A stretch of 46,853 bases of DNA from Candidatus Bathyarchaeia archaeon (GCA_050012255.1 JBEKHN010000017.1:1-46853), one strand, 5' to 3'; counted from the first letter of the stretch, positions 18,908 through 28,633 are shown. The notes: generated by a model not told the origin, from the letters alone. Numbers and translations: made by a program.

Positions 18908-19147
18908 ATGGAACCCAGCAAGAAACCCCTAAACGTCCTCATCAAGCAGCTGAACGCAGGAATCGCAGTCGTGCTGAAGAACGGCGGCGAATACAAGGGC
19001 AAGATGATCAAGTGCGACGGTCACATGAACATTCTGTTGGAAGGGGCCACCGAGTCCAAGGACGACCAGCTGATTACGAACTATGGAAGCGTCCTGCTGC
19101 GCGGCAACAATGTTCTCTACATAATGCTTGACGTTCCTACAAGATGA
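18908..19147 (+). CDS. Sm-like (LSm/SmAP) RNA-binding protein
   Basis: Sm1 motif VVLKNGGEYKGKMIKCDGHMNILL, Sm2 motif LLRGNNVLYI; ATG at 18908. Confidence 0.92.
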   Translation: MEPSKKPLNVLIKQLNAGIAVVLKNGGEYKGKMIKCDGHMNILLEGATESKDDQLITNYGSVLLRGNNVLYIMLDVPTR

Positions 19148-20042
19148 TAGTCCTGCTCTCTCCAGTAACATAATTCAGGCATTCTTGAATTTTCACGATT
19201 AGCCGATGCTTGCGTTCAAAATACTGCAGAACGTTCTGGATGTCGCGTTTGAGCAACTCTTCGGCGTTCGGGTGATCCCTCTTAACGTACTGTGGCCAAT
19301 CAATTATCAAGATGTGCTTATCGGGTTTCAGGATGATGTTGTACTCGCTCAGGTCAGCATGAATGACGTCTGCCTTCAAGAAGGCTTTCCGAACATTGCG
19401 CAGAATTTCTCGAAGAATTCTATCGGGCCTAGCCAACCTTTTCCAATTTGCGAGTTCTGCACCCTCAATCATCCCCATGACTACGACGTGACGGCTTTGA
19501 TTCAACGGCTCTGGCACAGCTACTCCGCAGGGAAAGAGAAGCCTAAGAGCTTGAAATTCCCTTTCCGCTGCGAGTCGTGACTCATAAAGCCATCCTGCAC
19601 TGCGCTCGGTCGTGTAGCTTCTTTTGCGGGTTGTCTGTCGAAAACTGATCCTTCCCAGTCTGTGGAACTTGACGGCGATTCGCTTGCCTTTAGGGTCCAA
19701 AGCGTCATAGACATCGGCTTCTTTGCCCACGCCCAACGACTTGCCGAACGCCTCAAGCACTCCGGCTTTAACCAAGGCGTTTATCGCTAAACAATCGTAT
19801 CCTGCGTAATTCAAAGTGTAGCCGACGTAGGCGCCGCGCTTCTGATAGATTAGGCCAAGCTTGTGGACTCGAGTTAGCCTGAAATCTGTGTCTCGGGCCA
19901 AGTCATACCCGGTGAACTTTGCGATCTGCTCTTTCGGCGCGAACTCGTGTTGACTCATCGCAGTCTCTATGGCCTGTAGCACCCGAAGGTCTTCGCTTTC
20001 CAGTTCACGAAACACTTTTACCGCAACGTCGGCCGATGACAT
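19137..20042 (-). CDS. rio2: RIO2-family serine kinase
   Basis: N-terminal wHTH (GYDCLAI), GVGKEADVY, KFHRLGRISF, IHADLSEYNI, IDWPQ. Confidence 0.92.
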   Translation of the reverse strand: MSSADVAVKVFRELESEDLRVLQAIETAMSQHEFAPKEQIAKFTGYDLARDTDFRLTRVHKLGLIYQKRGAYVGYTLNYAGYDCLAINALVKAGVLEAFGKSLGVGKEADVYDALDPKGKRIAVKFHRLGRISFRQTTRKRSYTTERSAGWLYESRLAAEREFQALRLLFPCGVAVPEPLNQSRHVVVMGMIEGAELANWKRLARPDRILREILRNVRKAFLKADVIHADLSEYNIILKPDKHILIIDWPQYVKRDHPNAEELLKRDIQNVLQYFERKHRLIVKIQECLNYVTGESRTIIL

Positions 20043-20143
20043 GACAATACGAAATAGACTTTTCTACTAATAAGCGCACGTCGTATCTCTCGGTCTCATC
20101 GTCTGACGCATGCTTTTCAACCAACCCAGTAAGCGTGTGCAGG

Positions 20144-21328
20144 TCACACTTTGCGTTCTAAGCTTTCTCTGATGCTTTTTATTCCCTCTTTGGCTTGCTC
20201 ATAGCAGACTGAGTAGGATATTCTCAGATGACCCTCTCCTGCTTTCCCGAAACCCGAACCCGGTGCAGTCGCTACCCCAGCGTCCTTCAACAGATACGAG
20301 GCGAGCGCCTCATCAGACTCTTCGAAGCTTGAAAAGTCTGGAAAAACATAGAATGCCCCTTTCGGCCGAGTGCACGATACAGCCTTGACTTTGCCGAGTT
20401 CATTGAGCACGCATCTTCTTCTTCTGTCGTACTCTTCAACCATTCTTTGAACGCAGTCTTGAGGGCCTGTTAGTGCAGCAAAGGCTGCCTTTTGCGAGAG
20501 TGCGTTTGGACACAGCGTTGCGTAGTAGTGCAGTTTGCGCATGGTGGCAGACAGTCTCTTTTCAGCCGCCACGTATCCGATTCGCCAGCCTGTCATAGCG
20601 TATGCTTTTGAAAAACCATTCACCGTTATCGTTCTGTTCTCCATGCCTGGCAACGAGCCTATGCTGATGTGTTTCGCACCATCGTAGATGATTTTCTCGT
20701 ATATTTCGTCAGAGAAGACGATCAAATCATGCTGTTTGGCGAATTCAGCTATGATTTCGAGGTCCTGTCTTAAGAACACGTGCCCCGTTGGGTTCGAAGG
20801 ATTGCACATCCAAATCATCCTAGTTTTCTTTGTCAGTTGGTTTTCCAAGAGTCCAACGTCTATTGCATAGTCTTTCTTTTTGTTAAGCTGCACGGAAACG
20901 GGCAGGGCTTCTGCTAAGAGAGTGTCCTCAAAATACGCTGGATAGTAGGGGTCGAGGATTAGGGCTTCATCACCAGGGTTTAGAAAACCGAGGGCAGCGA
21001 TGAACATGGCTTCTTGAGAACCTGAAGTCACTGTGACCTCTGTTTGAGGGTCAACGTCGATACCGTTCTCTCTCGCGAGCTTTTCAGCTATGGCTTCACG
21101 CAGCTCCATTGTTCCGTCGATTTCTGTGTAATGCGTGAAACCCTTCTTGGCCGCCTGAAAAGCCGCATTCAATATATGCCGTGGAGTTACGAAATCCGGT
21201 TCACCCTGCTCCAGATGAATCGCGTTCTTGACTCTCGCTGAAAGCTCGAGCATTCTGCGGATTGCTGAAGGCTTTATCAACCCAACTCTTCTAGAACCAT
21301 TAGATGCCATCTGACAACCCTGTTCCAA
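20144..21328 (-). CDS. PLP-dependent aminotransferase class I/II (aspartate aminotransferase-like)
   Basis: GEPDF, NPSNPTG, SDEIYE, GFSKAYAMTGWRIG. Start may be ATG 21310. Confidence 0.92.
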   Translation of the reverse strand: MEQGCQMASNGSRRVGLIKPSAIRRMLELSARVKNAIHLEQGEPDFVTPRHILNAAFQAAKKGFTHYTEIDGTMELREAIAEKLARENGIDVDPQTEVTVTSGSQEAMFIAALGFLNPGDEALILDPYYPAYFEDTLLAEALPVSVQLNKKKDYAIDVGLLENQLTKKTRMIWMCNPSNPTGHVFLRQDLEIIAEFAKQHDLIVFSDEIYEKIIYDGAKHISIGSLPGMENRTITVNGFSKAYAMTGWRIGYVAAEKRLSATMRKLHYYATLCPNALSQKAAFAALTGPQDCVQRMVEEYDRRRRCVLNELGKVKAVSCTRPKGAFYVFPDFSSFEESDEALASYLLKDAGVATAPGSGFGKAGEGHLRISYSVCYEQAKEGIKSIRESLERKV

Positions 21329-21648
21329 GCTTTCGCAAACGTAATCACGCAGAAAGTAATATAAGAATTAGCCTGTGAACCAGGCCAGCGTCGCAAGTGA
21401 AAGCACTTGGTCTTCATGAGACTGGAAGACAAGATGTTTCGGTCGTAGTCTTCCAAAATCATGAAAGGCCTCATCCAAAACGACATAGAGTGACTGGCAG
21501 CGCTCACCAGTTTTTCTGACGAAAGCATCATAGATGGGCAGAAGAGACTCTTACAAGAATTTGAATTCTTTGCATCTTCAAAGAGGAAAAGCGCCAAGTT
21601 TTTATCTTGCATGAATCGCTAATACTGAAAAATGTCGGTGGGAAAGGT

Positions 21649-22287
21649 ATGCCCATGTTTACTATCTGCACTGCGATTGTGCCCGAGGGTGAACTTGAAA
21701 AGCAGGTCAATGGTTTTCGTGAAGCCGAGAAGAGGTTCACTCGAGAAATAGGCGTGCTGGAGAGAGATTTTTACCAGTGCATCCAGCAGCCGCACATTAT
21801 TTGGAGTAACACCAAGTGGACAGGGGAGAAAGCTCACAACGATGCTGCTCAAAGCATCATGAAGGTGAGAAGAGACGATAGGATTGGCGCAGCCTACTTT
21901 CAGCCAGGACTGTACTTTGAAATCTTTTGCAGGGAAATTGGTGAAGTCTCCTACGCATCGCCTGGGGAAAACCCGCCTGAAATGGTTGTAATTTGCCATG
22001 GTCTAGTGGCCATGAAAAAACTGGACCCCTGGAACAAAATGGTACATGAACTGTTAAAGGATCTGCGTTCGGTTGGAGGACTGAGATTCTGCCGCACTTT
22101 CTACAATTACTACAACCCCGCTGAGTTCGTCGGATTCATGGGATGGAACAGTCAAGAATCCTACCAGAAACACCGCATGATCGATGATTTAACCATCGAA
22201 GAACAATGCTACACGGGCCTCAAGAGCGGTTCCTCTCTGCTTGCGGGCTTCAACCAGTTCTATTGCAGACCTCTCAAGATCAAATAG
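21649..22287 (+). CDS. Hypothetical protein, probably tandem dimeric alpha+beta barrel (ABM-like) domains
   Basis: Two halves, each ending in a beta-strand-W-(T/N)-x-x-(E)-helix pattern (NTKWTGEKAH; FMGWNSQESY). Both end with similar FEIFCR / FNQFYCR motifs. Confidence 0.55.
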   Translation: MPMFTICTAIVPEGELEKQVNGFREAEKRFTREIGVLERDFYQCIQQPHIIWSNTKWTGEKAHNDAAQSIMKVRRDDRIGAAYFQPGLYFEIFCREIGEVSYASPGENPPEMVVICHGLVAMKKLDPWNKMVHELLKDLRSVGGLRFCRTFYNYYNPAEFVGFMGWNSQESYQKHRMIDDLTIEEQCYTGLKSGSSLLAGFNQFYCRPLKIK

Positions 22288-22383
22288 TCTGCGCACTTCT
22301 GTCCGAAGCGTCGGGTCACTTAGAAGAAACGAAACTCCAATTTTGCATCAAAATTCTCCTAATCGAGGAGATGAGAATACACT

Positions 22384-22549
22384 TGGTCGGGCGGGCAGGA
22401 TTTGAACCTGCGACAATCCGGTTTCTGCGTGTTAGCCTGGTAGGCTGGGTGATACCCACCGTGGGTGGGCGTCTACAGCATCTCCGTCAGCTAGGGCTCT
22501 GTCAGTTCTGCGCTGACTCGGAAGCTCTGCCAGGCTGAGCTACCGCCCG
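22384..22549 (-). tRNA. tRNA-Tyr(GTA) with two introns: 39 nt at 30/31 (22480..22518) and 50 nt at 37/38 (22423..22472); CCA encoded
   Basis: Acceptor CGGGCGG/CCGCCCG-A-CCA (C1-G72, A73 = archaeal Tyr identity). Spliced anticodon arm TCCGG-CT-GTA-GA-CCGGA. BHB CTTC/GGAG with bulges CG^A and AT^G; second CTGT/GCAG with AG^A and AA^A. Confidence 0.9.
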
Positions 22550-22743
22550 TTCCCCGACCGAATTTCTAGAGTGGTCAGAACGAATTTATGTGTTTCGTAG
22601 CTAAGATAGGATTCCCGCAGCCATGTCACCTGTCGTTTAACCCTCTCAAGAATGATCAAGTGCCTTTTTGAGCTAAAATCGTAGGGCGCATGCTTGTTCC
22701 TAAATTCTGAGCATACTTCGAAACTCGACATAGACCTCGAAAG

Positions 22744-22811
22744 GTAACAAGTGTCTTAATACAGATCGTGCCTATTAGTTCCTAACCTGAGAAGGAGAAC
22801 AGGAGAAGGCG
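22744..22811 (+). repeat. Diverged direct repeat, copy 1 (partner at 26464..26531)
   Basis: Ungapped alignment at offset 3720 gives 46/68 identities by hand count, including acctgaga and aggagaaggcg; many mismatches are transitions. Confidence 0.6.
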
Positions 22812-22938
22812 GTCATCAAATCTCAATTGGAGAGGATATCCTTGTCAAAGCGCGCGCGCTATGGATTCGATTGATTTCTTGCTGGAGACAAACGTAAGGG
22901 TTGAGATTGTTGTTCGATTGGGATTTAGCGGGATTCTT

Positions 22939-25302
22939 TCAGAAGGATTTGTGTTCAGTCCTCTTGATTATTTCGTTCTGCAGTTCTACACTGAGATTAA
23001 CAAAGTAATCACTATATCCTGCAACTCTTACCAAGAGATCTCCGTATTTTTCGGGATTTTTCTGTGCATCACGCAACGTCTCAGCATCCACCACGTTGAA
23101 TTGAATATGATGCCCGTCAAGTTTGAAATACGTGCGAATGAGATGCGCTAGCTTGTCTAGTCCTTCTTCATCGGCCAAGAGTTCGGGGGCAAATTTTTGG
23201 TTAAGCAGGGTTCCGCCTGTCCTGGCATGGTCTATTTTGGAGACGGATTTTATCACCGCTGTGGGGCCTTTTTTATCCGCTCCTTGGACCGGCGACACTC
23301 CCTCAGACAGGGGTTCCAACGCTTTTCTCCCGTCAGCCGTAGCCCCTGTGACCCTTCCGAAATAGACGTGTACCGTCGTCGGCAACAAGTTTATTCTGTA
23401 ATTGCCGCCTTTCGTGCTGGGTCTTCCTTCTATTGCCTCGTAGTAGGCTTCAAAAACGGCTTTCATCACATTGTCTGCATAATCGTCATCGTTTCCATAT
23501 TTTGGCGTTTTGTTCAGGAGTATCTGACGGAGAGTTTCGTACCCGTTGAAGTCCGCTTTCAGGGCTTTGAGCAACTCTCTCATGGTGATCTGTTTCTTGT
23601 CAAAAACCTGATAGCTGATTGCTGTCAACGAGTCAGTTATAGTGCCGAGTCCCACGCCTTGAATGTAGTTTGTATTGTATCGAGCTCCTCCATCGTTGTA
23701 GTCTTTGCCTTTCGCTATGCAATCGTCTATGAGGAGGGACAAGAAAGGCACAGGTAGGCGTTCGGCGTACAATCTTTCTATTATGTTGTTTCCCTTAATT
23801 TTGAGATTGACAAAGTAGTTGAGTTGCCTCTTGAACGCATCGAAAACTTCCTCAAAAGAGCCGAACTTGGTAGGGTCGCCTGTTTCCAGTCCAATCTTCA
23901 GACCTGTTCTCGGGTCCAGACCGTTGTTCAAAGCGGTCTCGAGCACTTTGACCAAGTTGAAATACCCCGTGAGAATGTAGCACTCTTTGCCAAACGCTCC
24001 TGTCTCCACGCACCCGCTTGCGCCTCCGTTTCTCGCATCTTCGATTCTTTTTCCCTGCCTCAGAAGCTCTTGAATTATGACATCAGTGTTGAACACTGAT
24101 GGTTGTCCAAAGCCTGTTCTTATGATTCTCAATGCTCTTTTCAAGAAACTGTCAGGAGTCTTTTTGCTAATCTGGACCATCGAACTAGGCTGAGGGATCC
24201 TCATTTCGTCTATGACATCAAGTATCATGTAGGAAAGTTCGTTCACTCCGTCAGAACCGTCAGCCTTGACTCCGCCCGTGTTTATCAGTGCGAAATCATT
24301 GTACGTGTTGCTTTCTTCTGCCGTGACTCCTACCTTCGGCGGAGCTGGCTGGTTGTTGAACTTTATCCAAAGCAGCTGCAGGAGTTCTTTTGCATTTTCC
24401 TTCGTCAAAGTTCGGTCGTCAAGATCCTTCTTGTAGAAGGAGTAGAGATGTTGGTCGAGCCTGCCAGGGTTGAACGCATCCCAAGGGTTGACTTCTGTTA
24501 TTACTCCCAGATGAATGAACCAGTAGTGCTGCAAGGCTTCCCAGAAGTCTCGCGGCGCGTGAGCTGGCACACGAGTGCACACATCAGCTATCTTCTTCAG
24601 TTCCTTTCTTCTCACATGGTTCTTTTCCTTCTTCCGTAGTTCTCTCGCCTTTTCAGCGTATCTCGCTCCGTAGCAAATGAGAGCGTCTGCCACAATGTCC
24701 ATCGCTCTGAGTTCTTCCATCTTTTCGTGTGCTCTCGGATCATTCAAGAAATCGAGGCTTTGCATGCTCCTTGCGATGTCTTTCTTGAAATCGACCAATC
24801 CTTTTCCGTAAATCTTGTTGTCTAGAGCAGTATGCCCCGGAGCTCTCTGCTCCAAAAATTCAGTGAACACCCCTGCTTGATAAGCGGTCTTCCATTCTTG
24901 AGACATCTCACTGAATATTTTCTCTCTTATTGACCTACCTTTCCAGAAGGGAATGATCTTTTCCTTGTATGTTCTCTTTGTTTCCCCATTGACTGCGTAT
25001 GACATCTTCTTTCTAGTGCTCAGGATTTCGAGGTCTTCAAGGCTATGGCAACATATTTCGGGGTATGTTGGAACTGCCTTAGGAGCCGGCCCTCTCTCAC
25101 CGACAATCAGCTCCCGTTCACCGACATAGATTTTCTTGTTTTCAAGCACATGCTTGAACGCAAGTGCCCTTCGCACCGGCTCGGACACATGGCTAGCAAC
25201 ATCTCCCTCATAAAACCTTGTTATCAGAACCGCTCTTTCAGCTGTGATATACGGCTTCGTCTTAATGCTCTGTTCCCTCAGTTTCCTAACCCTTTCATTC
25301 AT
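22939..25302 (-). CDS. hypD: Glycyl radical enzyme, trans-4-hydroxy-L-proline dehydratase (HypD) type
   Basis: Gly-radical motif RVAGY, Cys loop SGCVETG, and HypD-type signatures EQRAPGHT, PAPPKVGVTAEESNTYNDFA, YILTGY, LLPTTVHVYFG. Confidence 0.85.
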   Translation of the reverse strand: MNERVRKLREQSIKTKPYITAERAVLITRFYEGDVASHVSEPVRRALAFKHVLENKKIYVGERELIVGERGPAPKAVPTYPEICCHSLEDLEILSTRKKMSYAVNGETKRTYKEKIIPFWKGRSIREKIFSEMSQEWKTAYQAGVFTEFLEQRAPGHTALDNKIYGKGLVDFKKDIARSMQSLDFLNDPRAHEKMEELRAMDIVADALICYGARYAEKARELRKKEKNHVRRKELKKIADVCTRVPAHAPRDFWEALQHYWFIHLGVITEVNPWDAFNPGRLDQHLYSFYKKDLDDRTLTKENAKELLQLLWIKFNNQPAPPKVGVTAEESNTYNDFALINTGGVKADGSDGVNELSYMILDVIDEMRIPQPSSMVQISKKTPDSFLKRALRIIRTGFGQPSVFNTDVIIQELLRQGKRIEDARNGGASGCVETGAFGKECYILTGYFNLVKVLETALNNGLDPRTGLKIGLETGDPTKFGSFEEVFDAFKRQLNYFVNLKIKGNNIIERLYAERLPVPFLSLLIDDCIAKGKDYNDGGARYNTNYIQGVGLGTITDSLTAISYQVFDKKQITMRELLKALKADFNGYETLRQILLNKTPKYGNDDDYADNVMKAVFEAYYEAIEGRPSTKGGNYRINLLPTTVHVYFGRVTGATADGRKALEPLSEGVSPVQGADKKGPTAVIKSVSKIDHARTGGTLLNQKFAPELLADEEGLDKLAHLIRTYFKLDGHHIQFNVVDAETLRDAQKNPEKYGDLLVRVAGYSDYFVNLSVELQNEIIKRTEHKSF

Positions 25303-25303
25303 G

Positions 25304-26221
25304 CTATCCTCCCCCTATTCTCACTTTCAACCCAAAAGCCTCAAGTTCTTCTTCGATTAGATTCAGGTCTTGGTCCGATGGAGTTTTGATCTTTTTCACC
25401 TTGTAGACCCTGCTTAGGCCCTTGTACTTCTCGATTCCCGCTCGGTGGTAAGGAAGAAGACTTATGTTCTTTATTCTGCACGAAGCCACAAATTCAGCTG
25501 TCTCGGTGACATTGTCCTTGTCATCATTGATTCCTGGAATGATGGGAAAACGAACCTGAATGTTGCTTCCATTTTCTGCTAATCTCTTGAGATTTTCGAG
25601 AATTGGCTTGTTTGACACGCCAGTATATTTTATATGCTTTTTCTCATCCATAGTCTTGATGTCATACAGGAAAAGGTCTACCTTATCGCTGATTTTGGCG
25701 ATGGCGTCATGCGAGGCATAGCCACAAGTATTGACTGCGGTGCGAATGTTCCAGTCTTTACACTCCTTAAGGAGAGCGCTTAGAAAATCGAGCTGCAAGA
25801 GGGGTTCTCCTCCAGAAAAAGTCACACCGCCTTCTGACTCATCGTAGAAAATCGAGTCCTTGTCAATCTCTCTCAAGACCTCTTTTAAGGTCACTTGCTT
25901 TCCAGTAATCGCAAGGGCCCCTGTTGGACATACCTGGCAGCACTTTCCGCACAAATTGCAGCGATTCCTGTTAATGGATATTCTCCTGAAAGGACATAAA
26001 ATTGCCTCTTCCGGACAGATCTTCACACACTCGGCACAGCTGTCACACCTAGTTCTTCTGTACATCAATTCCGGTGTCGACAGCTGACCCTCAGGGTTGT
26101 GGCACCACCAGCAACGCAGAAGACAACCCTTGAAGAATATGGTTGTGCGTATCCCAGGTCCGTCATCAATGGCGAATTTTTTGATATCAAAAATAACGCC
26201 TCTTTTGATGGCCATGCCCAC
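25304..26221 (-). CDS. Glycyl-radical enzyme activating enzyme (radical SAM with 2x[4Fe-4S] ferredoxin insert)
   Basis: DGPGIRTTIFFKGCLLRCWWCHNPE, two CxxCxxCxxxC motifs, GGVTFSGGEP, LLPYH. Confidence 0.92.
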   Translation of the reverse strand: MGMAIKRGVIFDIKKFAIDDGPGIRTTIFFKGCLLRCWWCHNPEGQLSTPELMYRRTRCDSCAECVKICPEEAILCPFRRISINRNRCNLCGKCCQVCPTGALAITGKQVTLKEVLREIDKDSIFYDESEGGVTFSGGEPLLQLDFLSALLKECKDWNIRTAVNTCGYASHDAIAKISDKVDLFLYDIKTMDEKKHIKYTGVSNKPILENLKRLAENGSNIQVRFPIIPGINDDKDNVTETAEFVASCRIKNISLLPYHRAGIEKYKGLSRVYKVKKIKTPSDQDLNLIEEELEAFGLKVRIGGG

Positions 26222-26463
26222 CGATAGGATTCTCAGCTAGTCTAGCGAAGAGCGGGCCTAAAAACTTTCTGGCAACGATCCGTATGGTACGCGGAGCCAT
26301 TTTTGAAAATGAGAATAGGAGAGGGCCATGAACAGTTTTCGCGATGACCGCTTCCTGAAACTGGAGAAATCTTGCTAGTTGCGCGGGCTAAGAAGGAAGA
26401 TTGCACTGTCCGAAATGATGTGGAAAGAGGATATACGTAGAAAAGTGACATATGTTGAACGGT

Positions 26464-26531
26464 GCAGCAAACGTTTTAATGAAGATCCACAGTGTTAACT
26501 TTTGACCTGAGAGGAAGAGAAGGAGAAGGCG
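26464..26531 (+). repeat. Diverged direct repeat, copy 2 (partner at 22744..22811)
   Basis: See copy 1; ...ttttaatgaagatc...acctgagaggaagagaaggagaaggcg. Confidence 0.6.
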
Positions 26532-26677
26532 ACTTTAATTTTCCGTTTGCTCGAGGTCCAAAGCATCTCGAGAACCAGTCCATTCAAGCCTGTTATCATT
26601 TAGAACTCGAATTTGCATTGGGTTTTGTGTGAACCATCAGGTTCGAGAAGAGAAAAGCAAAATGTTCAGTTCTCACG

Positions 26678-26923
26678 CTACAGCTTTAGTCTTCTGAAGG
26701 CGCTTTTTGAGCCTTTGGCCTTTTCTGGATGTGATAGAACCTCGCAAAACTCCAAAATGGCGCCGCATTGCTTGCATTGGACATAACTCCTTTCTCGGTT
26801 TGCAGCGAGCCAAAATCCTTCCTCTGAACCACATTTTGGACAGCTCTTCAAAGAACTAGCGAAGGCCTCAATTTCGTCAAGGCTCAAATTCCATCCCCGG
26901 CTTTTGTAGGTCAGAGGTTTCAT
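26678..26923 (-). CDS. Small zinc-ribbon protein
   Basis: CPKCGS...CKQCGA, 81 aa, basic C-terminus. Confidence 0.7.
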   Translation of the reverse strand: MKPLTYKSRGWNLSLDEIEAFASSLKSCPKCGSEEGFWLAANRERSYVQCKQCGAILEFCEVLSHPEKAKGSKSAFRRLKL

Positions 26924-27427
26924 TTATCTGTTATGTAGTAGTCCTTCAGTAGCCGATCGTGAGCATATTGTTTCTTAGAAATGTCACACAGCCGAAGCAC
27001 GCCTTTGGACGATTCTTGTGTCAACGGATTAGTAGGAGTCAAAACTCGGTACTCCACCACATTTGCCAAGGCCTGACTGGCTGGTTCGCTCGGCAATACT
27101 TGCATTAGCAGTGATCGTAGGGCTTAATATGATGTTCCTTATCTTCGGTCCGGACAGGGTCCGCAGAAAACGCATAAGTCCGTGTCTGACCTATTATACA
27201 ATGATAGTTTTCCCTAATTTTAAGAGTTTTGCCCAGAATAGGAACAAACAAACAGGCATTCATAATCTCAATTAGACGAATCACTGGTCAGCAGATTAGA
27301 TCTGGGAAACCGAGAAGCGGAGAAATATGTGCGAATCTTCGGTCAATTTGTCGTGAAATCTTGAAGAGAGAACCCTCTTCTGTGCGACATGTTTTACACA
27401 CCGCTTGCACATTGGCAGTTCTCCGAA

Positions 27428-27667
27428 CTACGTAGTGTCCCACTTGGAAACTATGTGCCAAAGGGCTATGAGCAAGTAGACTGGAACGGTTATTACCAAG
27501 AAGAGGCCGAAGAACAATGCCACCAAGTACTGCCATGGGCCACCGAAGACATTGTACGTACCAGACGTGGGATAGCCCAGTGCGAGTACTATTATTAGCG
27601 ATATCACGAAAGCGATTATTGTCCAGACCACAGCGATTATCTGCTTTGCGTTTATCGAAATCTCCAT
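27428..27667 (-). CDS. Small two-TM membrane protein
   Basis: Two hydrophobic helices, strong GGAGGTGA RBS upstream of the ATG, TATA-like TTTATA further upstream. Confidence 0.7.
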   Translation of the reverse strand: MEISINAKQIIAVVWTIIAFVISLIIVLALGYPTSGTYNVFGGPWQYLVALFFGLFLVITVPVYLLIALWHIVSKWDTT

Positions 27668-27836
27668 ACGCTCACCTCCTTGTTCTGAGCCTACTTCTAC
27701 TTCTCCCTATCCACATCCTTATGAGTTCTCTCTATAAATAAATCCTTATGGAGTAATCTTCTATACCAGTATTCCTATGCGACGAACGGATGACAGCGAC
27801 AGTTCCCATCTGCTTCTCGTTCGCGCACTTTGTCGA

Positions 27837-28163
27837 TTAATATTCGACAGCCATTCGCTTGGTATTCCTTGAGATGGCTTCAGCGATGATGGTTTTGCCT
27901 GTTCCGTTTGTGACTTGGCCTACGTGTGCGGCGAGGCGGGTCCGGTTTTGTTTGGTTTCTTCTTTCGCGGGGTGAGTGTCTATGGCTTTTTTTGCGAGTT
28001 CGACGAGGGCTTTGAGTTTGAGGATCAGTTGGAACCTGACGTTTTGCATGTCAAGGCCGTGTTTGTCTGCGATGGTGATGAGTCTTTCTTGTATGAGTGT
28101 GAAGGTGGGATGGTGGTGGGTACCCCTCCTAGGTTTCAATGTACCATGGATATTTGGATCCAA
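27837..28163 (-). pseudogene. Possible degraded helical protein gene (hypothetical)
   Basis: Protein-like amphipathic stretch (RFQLILKLKALVELAKKAI...RLAAHVGQVTN) but no convincing start or RBS. Confidence 0.3.
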
Positions 28164-28633
28164 ATATGATGGCCTATTAGACTTGTCTTGCGACAGAAGC
28201 GCATGTCGTCACGATAAATTGGCGCTTTCGGTACGTTCCGAGGTCCATGGATTGGTGCGTTGACTTTGGTAGAAGGCCTGTTTGTAAAGGTTCCTTTACG
28301 AAAATCCTTGTCTCGGGTGGTATAACGGGTATTCTTTGATGGTCCGATGTCGACTTCTGAAGAAGATTCCTACTGAGTAATCTTTACTTCACCGAAGCAT
28401 CCAATTAGGAGAAAAGATTCTACGTATCCTATTCATTCAAGCACGAACCTTCTCAGACTTGCAGAAGCAGTTCAAGAGCTTTATTTGTGCTATTTCGTCA
28501 AGGGTCATGTCAAAGCGCGGTATGATTTTTGTTGCTCATAATTTAAATAATTATGCGTAAAGGCAAGGTGCACCGGAAAAACTCGAACAATTATGAAACG
28601 TTAATTTAGCTAGAGCCATCACTATTTGTTGAA

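Noticed and set aside
22843-22880. 12-13 bp matches to 28508 (tgtcaaagcgcg) and 30887 (cgattgatttctt)
   Set aside because: Matches of this length are expected by chance in 47 kb.
22939-25302. Pyruvate formate-lyase assignment
   Set aside because: Single active-site Cys (SGCVE) rather than the PFL Cys-Cys pair; HypD signatures are present.
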